This document shows, piece by piece, positions 11,701-25,200 of a DNA stretch of 64,000 bases; the first letter of the stretch is position 1, and each line of letters starts with the position of its first letter. Under the pieces are notes generated by a model. That model was not told where the DNA came from. It did no database searches and saw only the letters and a program-made list of their open reading frames with translations. The DNA lies in NCBI GenBank assembly GCA_002633005.1, contig NMRA01000238.1:496001-560000 (forward strand), written 5' to 3'. Made by a program: the position numbers and the translations under genes. This DNA is from Phoronis australis. Its lineage: Eukaryota; Animalia; Phoronida.

Positions 11701-14700
11701 TGGTTTCTTGGGCTTCGTCAGTTTTATGGTTCCTTGGAAGTTTTGTTTTATTTATACTGCTGGCAGGAGGCTGTTTTTAGTCTTTCAGCGTGCAATCAGG
11801 ACACTGCGGATGTGCACCTAGATTGGGTTTTATTCAAGCTCTAGTAGCTGTGATTTAACTGGTGAGTACTTCATCTATAAATCCAGCTAGTGAACCTGTG
11901 GACATACAATTGGCATAGTCGGCACTAGGCTTTTCTAAAAAACATTTACTTGACCAGGGCATTTTCTTTAGGTCCGAAGGGAAGTTAGAGGAGTGGTACT
12001 GAGCTACTGAGCTGCTTCTATGGTGGGCAAGTGGTTTCTTCGTTTGTTTGGTGGTTTAACTAGGTTGTTCATCCTTTGGGTTTTGTGGATGTACTTATTT
12101 ATTCATTTAATTATTGCATCCTTGTAGTTGGATGAATTTAGCCTTAGGCAGTGTTCTGGTTGTCGTTGAACACCAATTCATTCACCTGAGTACTTTCTCC
12201 CTACAACTATGTCCCTTATTTAATATTATATCCATTAGTGTGGTTAACCTTGGTGCGGTACTTCAATGTCCCTCCCAGTTGGCAGTAGGCCTACATTTAG
12301 TGGAGGGAGTCACAGTTCTTTGTGTCTGTTAAAAAGTGACCAAGTCATTCCCTTTGGGTTGGATAATGTCAGTCTGCCTCCATTTGAAGAACATGAAAAT
12401 GTAATATTCTAGGGCCTATGTGGATAGCATGCATGCATCATTGTAGTGCAGAGTTTATTTTGAGAACTCCACTAGAAACCCACGTGTCCTATACCCTTTA
12501 AAGCGACAAGTTTGGGAGTCTCCCCAGCCAATACTTTTTTGCTAGGTGAGGTAAGCTTTTACACATCTCGGCAGATACCAGGCAACTGGTGCGAATCCAA
12601 CTGTTATTTGGTTGTTGCCAAATCAAGTTCAAAAGAACACTAACTGAGAACAACCCTCCCGATGACTTGTAAGCATGTCTTGTGAACATGGGATAATGCA
12701 GAATCGATCTTTGATGTGCTTCATTGGCTAACATTTTCGGCCACTTTTGAAACTTTCCAGATGTGCCGAAGACAGTTTTGGACCACGGCATAACATGTGA
12801 TAAAACGTTACAAAACAGCGGTTTCTACTAATTCTCAGACGATAAACTTGCCAAACTTTGTGGTGGAAAAACATATCTATTTTTCATGTAAGATGTCTTT
12901 ATTATCAAATATCCATAACAAAATCCCTGGTGTCACACTGTGGCACTGGTTGGTCCCGTTGTTAGCCCGCAAGCAGTCCCAGCAGACGACTGTGACTAGA
13001 AAATGTGTGTCTCGTTATTTATCGCAAAAGACAGCAAACGTAAAAATGACAACCCTATTAAAATCACCAAACGATGGCCACGTCTTTACTTTCAGCAAAG
13101 TAGTTTTTGAGTGGCCATCCTTGTTTCTGGGGCTACGTGCATGACAAATGAGTCATCTGTCACATGTTGTTGCCAACGTAAAGTGTAGGCCTACTCCAGT
13201 GATTCAAGTGCGTGAACTCATGCGGACGCACCACTCCAAAGCTGCACATCAAAAAGAAAACACCAACAGTCCTTAAATGAAAGAGTATACCGGATTGGCC
13301 TTGTTAAGCACTCGTGTGCCAATGGTTTATTTGACAATGAACTTAATAGATTCCCGGGGGGCTAAGAAAGACGCGATGCTTTATGATATTCCCCGGGATC
13401 GATGTAGCCTAGAACTGATATTTTCCTGTTCCGTTGCTCCCTAGGCCGGATGATCTAAGCCTGTAGCCAGCTAATGCAACTAGAGGAGTAGATGCGAAAT
13501 TGTGGTTAGCGAACGTTTTATTCTTCTCTTCATGCACCACCCACCAATTTTTCGCTCCCCAGACCATGCTGTAAAATAATTTTAAGACTCCAATAGAAAG
13601 AATATTGTTCGGGTTGAAGCGGCCAATTAAAAGCAAAATTATTCTGGGTGGCTTGAAATTGACATGCAGCCTATATAGTGAATCACTCTCATTTTACATA
13701 ACAAATTCAGTTTTCAAAGAAAATATCTTGGCACTAGTCGGGATATAATAGACCCTGATTTAGAGTTTCATCCACTAAATAACGTGATTGCCAGGTTCTC
13801 TAAATCAGGGTCCATTATATCCAACTAGTGTCCAAACCGAATTATGGTGTCCAACCTTTATGTTTTCTTAGTAGTGAGTGATGTCTGAGGTGATCGAGGA
13901 TCATTAACGCAAGCGCCTGGCTGTGTGACAGTTAGGCAACACGTAGCCCCTCGGTTGGCCTGTTAGGGGATACAATACTTCCCATCGCTTTCTGTACACA
14001 TTTCGTTCCACGTACTTTAAACGGGCGTTAGACCAAATCTGGCCACCGATTTTGAGTTTTCATCTCATCAAAAATACATTCCACACTCTTCAGTGGTCCT
14101 TTTTACTTCTACACATATCTTCGATGAAGCTTAGTTACGAGAATTAAGGTGACTTTGGCAAAGAATTCCAACTCCACTTTTTTGGTCACCGTTAACTTTT
14201 TCACTACACGTGCGATAACCACAAAGTATTTCAAATGAGTCACGTGAGTTAGGCAAAGGCTAGTGAGAGACTGAGCGAAGCACGTGACGCTGGAGCGTGA
14301 CATTTGCAAAATAGCATGGGAAGGTATCGGCTAAATTTGTAAGATTTGTGTCCCATGGACTTTTTATTCGTCAACATGCGTGATTTCACGTAACTTCCTC
14401 AAAATGGCACCCGTACAAGAGAAACTCGAGCAAACCGTGACAGATTTTCATTGATTAGTTCAAATTATCTTGACTCGATAGTCTCCAGACTTATGGTACT
14501 TGTTAATTACAACTCCATGTGCATATAATGCATGTTTCACTAGATTTTTTTCCTGTATTTTGGAATTTGTAACTTTTTGTGGGGATGTAGGGGTAGTTCG
14601 GGGAAACTCGGACTGCGGTAAAATTCGAACAAGTCTAAATAAACGTCAAATATATTAACAATCAAGATGCCTTACCACTAAATGAAAAGATTATTCACTT

Positions 14701-15749
14701 CTTAGAACAATAGTAGGAATTTATTTATCACCTCACTTGAATTACAACAAAGTTTCAACAGATATGAGGCATGTTCAGCACCTTACGTCGCTCTGCTATC
14801 TGCTTCGCGTGCTGATTTCAAAAGTCTGCAGTAGGTACGTTGTCTTTTCCAAGTTTTATTTAGGTCACTTGTCATGTAAATGAACTTTAATTTACTTGAA
14901 GCATAATTCATCACCATGCAGTTTTATGTGTTAATTCCAATGGAAAAACTTACAAAAAAGCATGATTTAATAAAAAACCGGTGTCCGAATTTCCCCTCCA
15001 ACTTTTTGTATGCTGCAGGGAAATTTGAACACCCCTGTTTTTAGGGCTATTAGACGCTTTTCTTGAGAGATTTTCGTAATCACATGATGACCTCTGTTTT
15101 AAGAGGTCAATCCAAAACTTAATTTGTCAACAATAATGGCGCTGCTTACCACGTGGGCTGCACACAAATTGGTAAGGGCGGACGTACTTTTACGTTGTTT
15201 ATGTGGCCAGGACATGATGACTTCTTAAATTTTATTATTCGTCTGATGATAAGACTGCAAAATAATACCTAAATTCATTTTTTGAAATCATAAAGTACTG
15301 TTATATATACTGGGGAACCCAATGGTCGTCCGCCTAAGCATAAAACCGACTTGCTGTTGTACTCACCGAATTATTCCACTTCAAAGTTATGATCTGAATA
15401 GGATTCGATTTAACTCTCACAGATATACCGCATTCATCGATTCGGAAGTTTTCTTTAATTTGTGCCGAGTTATTTCAAATGTGCACTGCCTTCGGCAGCC
15501 ATTTTATTNNNNNNNNNNNNNNNNNNNNNNNNNNNNNNNNNNNNNNNNNNNCCAGGGCCAGTGTCCCCGCTTACCTTTGACGCCATCCCTTTGACCAAAT
15601 GAAACCACCACTCTTTCATCTACAATCTTGAGAACCAGTTCTAAAGGATAACTGAATGTTTTCTCTGTTTCAATTTTTGGTAAATTGTGGTCATATTGGT
15701 AAATTAAACTGCCTGCCCGATTCACTACGTACACACTGTATATCGCCAT
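8799..15749 (-). CDS. TRAPPC4: Trafficking protein particle complex subunit 4 (synbindin/Trs23), 5 exons, 217 aa
   Basis: Exons 15749-15575, 11261-11087, 10040-9937, 9192-9066 and 8871-8799 (175+175+104+127+73=654 nt) are all GT-AG and phase-compatible. Protein: [18 protein letters not shown]...EKTFSYPL...[15 protein letters not shown]...[25 protein letters not shown]...[23 protein letters not shown]. Confidence 0.97.
11700..12450 (-). mobile_element. Possible highly decayed non-LTR (CR1-like) reverse transcriptase 3' remnant in TRAPPC4 intron 1
   Basis: Only weak frameshifted echoes of RT C-terminal motifs on the minus strand (e.g. ERLKNSLLP-like, LRLNSS). No intact ORF. Confidence 0.3.
13728..13835. 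repeat. Foldback inverted repeat (about 38-bp arms)
   Basis: ttggcactagtcgggatataatagaccctgatttagag ... ctctaaatcagggtccattatatccaactagtgtccaa. Confidence 0.8.
13930..14375 (-). repeat. Interspersed repeat copy A (inverted relative to the copy at 16790-17180)
   Basis: The reverse complement shares blocks gacacaaatcttacaaatt, gctcagtctc, atactttgtgg, gtgaaaaagttaac and gagttggaattctttgccaaagtca with 16790-17000. Confidence 0.8.
15509..15551. other. Assembly gap (43 N) in TRAPPC4 intron 1
   Basis: Run of N about 24 nt from the exon 1 donor. Confidence 0.99.
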
Positions 15750-16242
15750 TTTAATTTATGACTGTATGAGTTCCTCGCAAGACGTCGCTTTGCTGCCCTC
15801 TGACGGCATTCGCTGGTTCCCAGCGTGGCGCTAGGTGGTAGCCACCATGGCTATGTACGTAGGGAACCAGCGAGACTGACTGAGCGACGTCTTGTGAGAA
15901 AATGAAATGAATGGTAGCGGCGTCTCGAATTGAAGTCTATTTTCTCGTTATAAACCCAGTTTATGAGCATTCAATATTTTCAGGTCTTTCTAAATATGAC
16001 GAAAACTGTTTATTAATTACTTTACCGTGCTTAAAAGAACGTTTAGTTTAAAAAAGTATGTCACCTGTGATAGCTTATTTATTGCCCAGGCACATACTAT
16101 GTGAAATAGATATCGGTCAATGTTTTGTTTAACACTACAAGTATAAGAATAAGGATAAAGCGTTTATTTTCAATTGCTCTTTTTAATGTTTAAGAAGTAT
16201 CAGGATCCGTCTGTGAGGCATCAGTCAGACTGTAAATCAGCA
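15750..16242. promoter_or_regulatory. Bidirectional promoter / 5' UTR region shared by TRAPPC4 and AMPD, containing a nested palindrome (15774-15898)
   Basis: The divergent start codons (15749 minus, 16243 plus) are 493 bp apart. A locally GC/CpG-rich segment contains inverted arms. Confidence 0.7.
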
Positions 16243-19200
16243 ATGGATGTTGAGATGGATGTCGATTTACCGAATTCCCAGACCCAGGAAGTGAATGGTG
16301 GGCCTCCTCACTCACTGTCTGGAAGTGGAAACTCTAACAACTCAACGAAGTCGAACTCAAAGCCCAAACAGATTAAACGAAAGGTTTCTGAAAGCATGTC
16401 ATTGCAAATATCTGATGGCTCAAACTCTTCTGCTGCTGGTTCAACAAGTATGTTTTTATTGTTTTTAAATTCATGCTGTAGAGAATTTCAGTGTCTCTGA
16501 CTCTGAGAATTGGACCCGTCCCAGGCAGGGCCAGGTTGCACGTGTTAGAGGCGAGCGTCTAAATCGTTCAACCAAGAGGCAATTGCCGCTTGGCAAGCGA
16601 CTTAGAGATGCTTTATCTGGCTGTATGCCACACCTGAAGTCATGAGTCACAACACTCCGACTCCCTTCTATAGATCAAGCATGCTGCCTGCCCACTCAGG
16701 TCCCATGCTTAGTCTGGGTTTCCACTGCAGTTGCTGGAGCATGACTCCGGACTGAGTTGCCAAAGTTACACAAAATCACACCAGTTAAAGAACAAAAAGT
16801 CCACAGACACAAATCTTACAAATTCAACTGGAGACCTTCCGATGCTACATTTTAGAATTGTCACATGCCAGGTTACGGGCTTTGCTCAGTCTCACACTTG
16901 TTGTTGCTTAACTCGTGTGGCATCAGTTGAGATACTTTGTGGTGATTGCACGCGGTGAAAAAGTTAACAGAGTTGGAATTCTTTGCCAAAGTCATGCGTC
17001 ATCAAGGATATGTATAGAACCAGAAAGGATTGCTGAAGAAAGTTAAAGTGAAAACCAATTATTTGGTGTCCATATTTGGGTTAATATCCGTTTAAATTAC
17101 ACACAATGAGATTACTAAAGAAACCAATGGGGAGTATTGTAGCCCCTGTATAGCCAGCGAGGGGTTACGTGTTTCCTACTCGGTTGCCTACACATAGCCC
17201 CTTGTTTGGCTGGACTAGGGCTACAACACTCTCCATCGGTTTCTGTATTAACCTCATCCTGTATATTTTAAACAGACAGAAGCCCAAATCCAATCATGGC
17301 ATGTATTAATTATAGCTCAATGCACATGTTATTCATAGTATTTTAAAATGAATATTTGTTATAGCGGGTATACCATTGCCTATGGATGCCTCCAGGTGGT
17401 GTAATTGCCTAGCAGTAGTGTCATGCAGCCTGGAGTGCCAGTTCCTATTACCTGGCTGTTACTCGTGAATTTTACCAACTTATAGTTAAACGTGGAATCA
17501 ACAGCTAACTTTTGATTGAAAATATACTGAAAACCATCGAGATGAACAAATTCAGACTTACCAGTCAATTAACTTTGTCCTTTTTAGAGGTTCTTTATAA
17601 ATGCTTTACTCTTGGAATTAAGTTAGATTCAATCCTATTTCCAATGTTATTTGTTTGGTCACATACAAATCATCCATTGACAGCTCCACATTTTCTTAAG
17701 ACTTGGGTCACAGCTTTTTTAGCTAGGTGACCTGTCATTTGCATATTTAAGAAAAACAATTGATAGGAAAATAATTTCCTCTTTGTTACAATGTATTTAT
17801 ATCCATTCTATTATTCACAGGTAACTGTTTCCATACATATTGTTTAGTATACTTTATTTTATCAATCAAAAGGTAAATTGGTTGCGCATTCCCTTTACAG
17901 GGCCATCACCTATAGGCTTTTGACTTCCACAGGCGATATTTGTTTCCTAGACATATTTAAGAAGGTAGTTGTGGGGGTAATACCCATGGTTGGTTTTATG
18001 ATAAAACAGTCTACAGCATAGGCGGATTTAGGGGGGGGCCCAGGGGGGCAGGGTCCCCCCTTGGCTGCCGCAAAAAAATAAAACAGTAAGAGCGTAGGGA
18101 AATGTTGATTTTATTAATTAACCCCAGTAATTAAAATTATACGGATGATAAAANAGTGACGATGAAAAAACAGAAGCTGCTGGTAAGATGTGAATTTTAA
18201 TCGAAGCCTTAGGCTTAGTGAATCACTCAGAAACTCGCAATACTCTCTTTGTCAAACCTTATCTTAAGACGATTTCCAAAGCAATGCCGTCATTATTGCC
18301 AACACGAAAAACGGATTTGGTCTTTTGGGCATTTTTAAATACGACAAATTTGCTAAGAAGTAATGGCACGAAATATAAAACGTGTAATAAGCATTACAAA
18401 AAGAAGTAGGTTTCGCGCACAAACGCTGTGAACCAAGAAGGTCTCTTAGGAGGACATTAGTAGTTAAATTGCGGTGGTGTAGTGGTAACGTATACGCGCG
18501 CTCTATCCGCCAGGTCGTGAGTTCGAGTCATTGGTACTTGCAGTTTTTCCTGTTTGACACGTTCTCCGTTTTTTGCCTTTTTTTCTTGGATAATACTTCA
18601 GGAATCAAGGAAAATGCTTGATTTTTAGAGGTAAAAACAGAAAAATTTCCTGGGCAAACCCCGCTCCCGACCTCCCCCCATTCGGTGCTATGCGCATCTA
18701 CAATCGTGGTTCAGTTTGCGCAAATGCTTACAGCCGGACAAAATGTTGGGCCCCCCTTGTGATATCCTAGATCCGCCACTGTACAGAGATACTTAAATTA
18801 ACAATTCTAATTGGCAATAAAAACTGAATGAGTGGTAAAAAGTTCAACACCTAAAATCACCACAAACTTGGTACATAAGCAAAACAATCGACCAATCAAA
18901 AGTAAGATCTAGAAAAGAACTGACTAATAGGATAGACGAAATGACAAGGTTAGTAGTCAAGTAAAATTGTCAACACAAAGATATAAGGCCCCCTCCCGGT
19001 AATCCGTGGCAGGAAATGGCGTAAAGCATCAATGAAATTTAACATGTTGATTCATAGAGGCGACATGTGTATCCAACCTAGACAGTGTGGCAGGAGGCCA
19101 CAAAAATGCAAATAAAAATGCTAATGAACTGTTTCACCATTGACAATTGTATATATTCCATTAATAATGAGGTAATTCAATTAACAAGTTCCGACAGTAG

Positions 19201-22200
19201 TTACCTTCGAAAACAAGTTTGCCTACATGTATCAACAGGAAACATTACCTGTGGTAGTTGTAAGGCCTAAATGATCAAAATATAGTATAGGGTGCTAATG
19301 AACACGGGGAAAAATGCGTTGATGAAAGTCGGAAAAAAGCATGCTTCAGACAAACGTTTTATTCACTTAGTCATTTTATGAACAATACCTTTGTCATCAA
19401 GTTAAGGAAGTGGTTTGAAAAAAGACATTAAAAGTTAACGTACTGACTGTGGTACAACCATGGGAGTTTATTTGGATCTTAGAATATACCGCTAGGTAGT
19501 TTGTACTATATTACAGTATACTTCCATTGCATCTTTGTATCGTTGTAATGGCGTACGCAGTATTCCCTTCTGTACTTAATGTGTAGACTAGAGGTTTGTT
19601 TTAAAAGGTCGAAATAAGCTCCCATGGTTGGCTGGGATTAGGTTTGCGTAGGAATAAACTAGACGAATTTAATGCAGGTAGAGGTTCATATATAATTAAA
19701 TTAATACATGCTGGGATCTGTTGACAGCTTTACGCTAGCACGGTGGCATAAACACGGATGTTGCGCTGAGGTTTTAAATTACGTGAAAGTAACTAAAAAC
19801 TCTGTTTTCTTCCTACTGACCAATCTCACTGAGATTTTTGAATGCGACACTCCAGCACTCTTGATCGACTATTTTCAGGCCTGCCACATTCTTGAACCAC
19901 AAATGCCTGTCCTTGTAGTCCTGCATGTCGGCATTATATGCTGTCTTGGCCAGTTTTTAAATTGGTGCTGTCACTTCACACTAACCTATTTCTTCATACA
20001 GGCTAATAATCAGGTTTATTGAACCAAACCCTATGTAGCCAATTGTTATTTGAAGCTTTAATTGCTGGAGCCCAGTGCAGCACTGAAGGTAGGATGTACT
20101 GCACATTTTGTCTTGTCTGGCGATTACTTATGCTGTGGTGGTCAATGATCACAATTTCTTGGTGTATTGAAGCACGAGAGCAGCTGAATATTGGATAAAA
20201 TCTGTTGTATGACACAAGCGACAAACTTCAAATTTTTTCTAGTTTCTCATTTGCTGTCAGCAGTGCAAGTTGGGTATTAGTCACGGGTGTGATGCAGTCG
20301 AGCTGTTTTCACCTGCTGTTCTTTTCTGAACTGTAGATGGCTTACACTTTCTGATGCTAAATTTTTCTTGTCTAAATCATTATAAGATTCGAATACAATA
20401 GTTTAAAAAGTTATGATCATTTGTTCTTTGCCAAAATCGGTGAAATTTCAAATAAAAAATTTCTAGCTAAGTTTCACATGATTCAGTGGCAGTCTGGTAT
20501 CCTTTTAGTTTTTGTGACAGCTTTGACAAAACCACTCAAATGTTCCACATGGTGTTACACAAGCACGGTTATTATTATCATTTTTGTCTAAAGCTATTGT
20601 TTTATGTTTAGCTATGGCAGTTGACATGAAACATGATGATTGGGTGTAATTTGCTATACAAAGGAAGAAATGCGTAAAAGAATTGACACCAGGGCCCGGT
20701 CTCCAATCTTTTTGCTCGAAATGGAACTCGAAATTAGGTTTGGCACTTTCTACTCTACTTTTGGGCGAACTCAACATAAGTGTCTATTATTCTATGTTCG
20801 AGTACACAATAACTTACGTAGATAATTTATTGTCCTTAGTTCACAGTTTGTAAACCCAATATTAAAGCAATAAGTTCAAGTTTGAACTCGAAATTTTGAG
20901 TTTTTACTCGAGTTTGCAGCACGAATATAAGGGTCTTGAAAGGCAAACTTGAACTAGAAACTCCTGTGCATAAACTATTATGTATTCGAGCACAGTCTGA
21001 TAACCAATTATCTTAAGTTCGCACAAAAGGAGCAGAGAAATTGCCAAAAATAGTTTTGAGTACAAAGATTAGAGACCAGGCCCAGGGTGTCAAATTTACT
21101 CAGTTTAAACACATAGTTGCACTAACTTGTCCGGCTCAAGCCTAACTATTGACTTTCTCAGCATTCCTCTGTGGGATTGTGTCCTGGAACAAATCAGAAA
21201 ACTTTACCTAAAGACAAAGCAGGTTATGACAAGGTCAAAGTAAGCATAAAAATTAAATTCCGGATTTTTTGTAAACTGGGCTCGGTTAACTCTGGATAGC
21301 AACAGTGACGTTGTATTGTCACACATCAAGGTTACATTTATAGTGTTGAACAATAAACTCAACATCACCCAACAATCAAACTTATCCAGCTGATTGATTT
21401 TAAAGTTTTATGCAATCCAACCTTTCGTTAAGCCAATTTTGAATGAATATAACTGATTTTATAAACCCTTGCTTGTTCCAAATGCTGAGAAAATTGTTGT
21501 TTGATGGCTGGTATATAAACCTTGTACCACTTTATTCATTCCTTTTTGAGAAATTTGGCAAATTAGATAGCGATATCAAATCTTAATTAATGTGTTTTCA
21601 TGGTTATGTGTGTTTGAGTATAAGTTGTTGTACCGTGGATCTATTCCAGATGCAATACCTGGTTGATCATAAAAATGGATTGAAAAGATGATTGATTGTT
21701 ATTTAAATAAAACTACCAAACACATCCCAACTCAGTGGAATTGCAACATAACATACTTCTAGTTGAAATCACAATTAATAATGATACATAATAATGAATA
21801 GTCTCTTTGATGTCATTATGGCGAAGAACTGATTCAAACCTCCATTTACCTTGTTTTGACAAGTGACTACATTGTCAGTGTCATTGAACCTTCCTTATAG
21901 GACTACATATCACAACCGTAAATTTAGTATTCCCAAAACGAGAGAATAGGAGAAAAGCGACTTTAATTGAAAGTTTCTTTGGTCCATGGACATGAGTGTG
22001 ATGTATCAACAGTGCCAGCACCAATGAGTCTTGTTTACACGCAAGAGTTTCTTGTTCAAACCTGTGCAATAATCTGATATAACGTGCCTGCATATTGAGA
22101 ACCACGTGATGTCCGTTATTCAGTTGAAAAATTTATTTCAAAATGCAGACACATTATATCAGACTATTATCCACATTTCTGCCACATCCATGCTTCCCTG

Positions 22201-25200
22201 ATGTCCTGCGGCAAAATGAAAAGAGCTACATAGTGGCCAAATAGTGAGTTGTCATAATCACCACAAACCTAACGTCTCGCCATTCTTTATGAAATTATAA
22301 ACCTCGTGAAAACGAGCAGCAATATCTGACGACTAATACAATACAATGGAGGGTGACTAATGCTGTGATTGGTTGTCTGATTCTGCATAAGCTGTCTCAA
22401 CTAATAAATGCTCGTAACTTGAGATCAGCTAATTAATGTATTGTCAGATAGCATTTGCGGGTGTTCTTATGTCACAGCTGATTGTCTGATAAAGTCGTTT
22501 CTTGGTGTTTTTTCTGGTGTGAAATTGGTAATTTTAAAAACTTAACATCAGGCATCCACTGATATTTGTCTAGTTTATCCAACTTTCTCCCATCAGAGTT
22601 GCAGCCCAGAGAACAGCAGTATTATTTTATTGGCATTGGAAGAATTCATAAAGTAATGAAGCAGGGTTTATTTAAAAAAAATTGTCTGTTGCCTCAAATC
22701 TCTGGGTCAATTTTGAAGACTTGGGTTATCAATTAGTGTCTGCTGTTCATGCATTTTGCAGGGTTTTCTTACATTGTTTGCATAGATGTGAAACTCCATT
22801 TTCTTCAAAAGTATTTGACGTTTATTGCGGCATTGTGGGTAGATTTGTTAGGTTAAGTTCAAGAAATGAGCACATGTCATTGGTGAGTTGATTTGGGGAA
22901 AAACAACTGTCATGCATAGTATAATAGTTATGTTTATTAGTTCCTTGTAACTGAACCACTAGTATGCTTACTTATAGACAATTTGGCAGACATCAAGATC
23001 CCATAAGTGTCCTAGTCTTGTGTAAAATGTGTGCACAATGCCGTCTGATCCCTCTCCTTGAGGGGGCGGCATTAGGACAATCACTTAAGTTTATAGAAAC
23101 TGGCAACAAATTTAGAGATTGGTATATGTAGCTCACTAAATCCAGGTGTGCGTATGCATTCACACCTTGGTTGAATTTAGTGGAGCCGAAAATGACATTT
23201 TTGTATAACCTGAGGAAAAATGACTGAACTCTTGAACAAAGACAGTGACCTTATTTTTATAGTGACTATCGTATGACAAACCTGACCAATGTCAAGGCAG
23301 CTGTGAACCAATCTCATTAAAGTTCTGGAAATTCAGGGCCCATGACCAAGTAAGATCAGACTGAAATTGAAAAGTCTAGACTGTAGCTCGGACAATGACC
23401 AAAAGATGTCACTGGACTTCAGCTGATGATACCATTCCTGTTACAAAACACTATACAATTAAGAGGGATTTGAAATGTTGTACCAGTAGTCTTGGTAAGT
23501 GAAACATTAAACTGGATGAATCAAGATTAGTGGAAAGTAAGTGAATATCATTGACTGAGGCCATGCAACCCCATTGACCTTGGACCTTTGACCCCCAAGT
23601 CAGATAATGTCTGGAAAACGGGAATTATCCCAGCAGCTCACGTGAAGTTGCCACTTGGTAGATTTGATTCAATGGGAACACATCTCAAGTTGAGGTCACT
23701 TGATAATATATTCCAAAAGCTGCCATAAGGTTTGTTGAGATATGTCAATTGTGAATTTGGAATGGGTGTTATTCGTCACTTATGAAATGAAACAGAAAAC
23801 AATGTTTTCTTAATTGAATTGTGATTGAGACTGACTTACATTACAGCAAAGATATTTGACTTTTCGGTTTCAGATTGATATAAACTGTTGATAGATGCCT
23901 GTTATAGACTTGTACATATAATATTGCTATTTGGAGGTAGGTTGTCTCTTGTGTGGTGGTGTCAAAGGTTACAAAAACCAAATGTTTACTGGACTTTAAA
24001 AAACAGAGACCAAAGTGTCCCTTACGGCTTTCATCCTTGTCAAATGCCACTGATCACCTTCCAAGTGTTATCATGCCGATGTATTCCTTTTCGTACTTCA
24101 TGTATTATAGTTAAAAGGATACTGAAACCTGTTCGGGTGAATTCAACCAATGTTTGTTCTATCCACCATTGGTTTAAAGCAGGAATCAACTAAAAACTTC
24201 TACGGTAATTACTATCAAAGACTGGATGGTTTTTGGTGGGTGGCCTTTCCATCCAGATGTGTAATTTGTCTAAAGACCCTTTCATACTGACTGAACTCTG
24301 AGTTCCAACATAAACTGCAAAATGACATCAAAGCAAATGAAAGGTGGCACTGTTGTCATGGAAATAATGGCAAGGAATTTCTGATGCATCGCGTGCGGCG
24401 CTAAGATATTATTTTAATGTGACAATTTCTGAACATTTAAATGTGGTAATTGACATAAAACGTTTTTCCAATTCGATTGGTGATTATCTGAGCAAAATAT
24501 AAGCAACTATTAGGGAGGACACTGCTCTTTAGTTGTTGATGATAATAGTAGCCCCTGGCGATAACTTTGATGGGACCGAAGTAGGCCGTTCATACCGCAC
24601 CCCAGCGGCGATGCTCCGCTGTTAAATTCACCTGTTTACTGGGGCGTTAACTTTCGCAGTTAACTTTGATCTAGAACTGAAGTTAATAGTTCAACTCCTC
24701 AAAACATCAACACGTCGATATTAGTATGATATGGCCCTAACAAGCAAAACTTCTGCTTGGTCATTTAGCAGATGATGTAAGGAGTTTTCAAAATTTGCTC
24801 CAAACATTGGAGGATAGGTGAGGGTTATGGAGCATTACTTTGTTTTAGAGAGCTGGATGGAAAAGCCATTGTTTATGAATATCTGTTAACTGACCAAAAT
24901 GGGGTTTATTAACCTTTTAAACAGTTAAACTTAAAGAAAACCAGAGTAAAGAATCCCTTTTTAGTTATTTAAAAAATAAAGACTTCTCCGATTACAAACA
25001 GATTATTGTATTAAGTCCCATGTGAGAACCATTAGTGATATTTAAGGTAACGCCCATTTAAGGTTATCTTAACCAAATTGGTTTTTGATTTCTGATAATG
25101 TCATCATGCAAGGTTGAGACTATGTTAAGAAAAGTTTAGGCTTACAAATCAGCACCTTTGTGTTGTTTCATATGAAAGTGTGCAGCTAACATATTCAGTT

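Noticed and set aside
15367-15508. Extra minus-strand exon (aaaATGgctgcc ... |gtgagt) next to the gap
   Set aside because: The ATG frame stops after 10 codons and TRAPPC4 is complete without it.
18470-18540. Functional tRNA gene
   Set aside because: A and B boxes are present but there is no acceptor stem or clear anticodon arm, and it lies within a TIR element.
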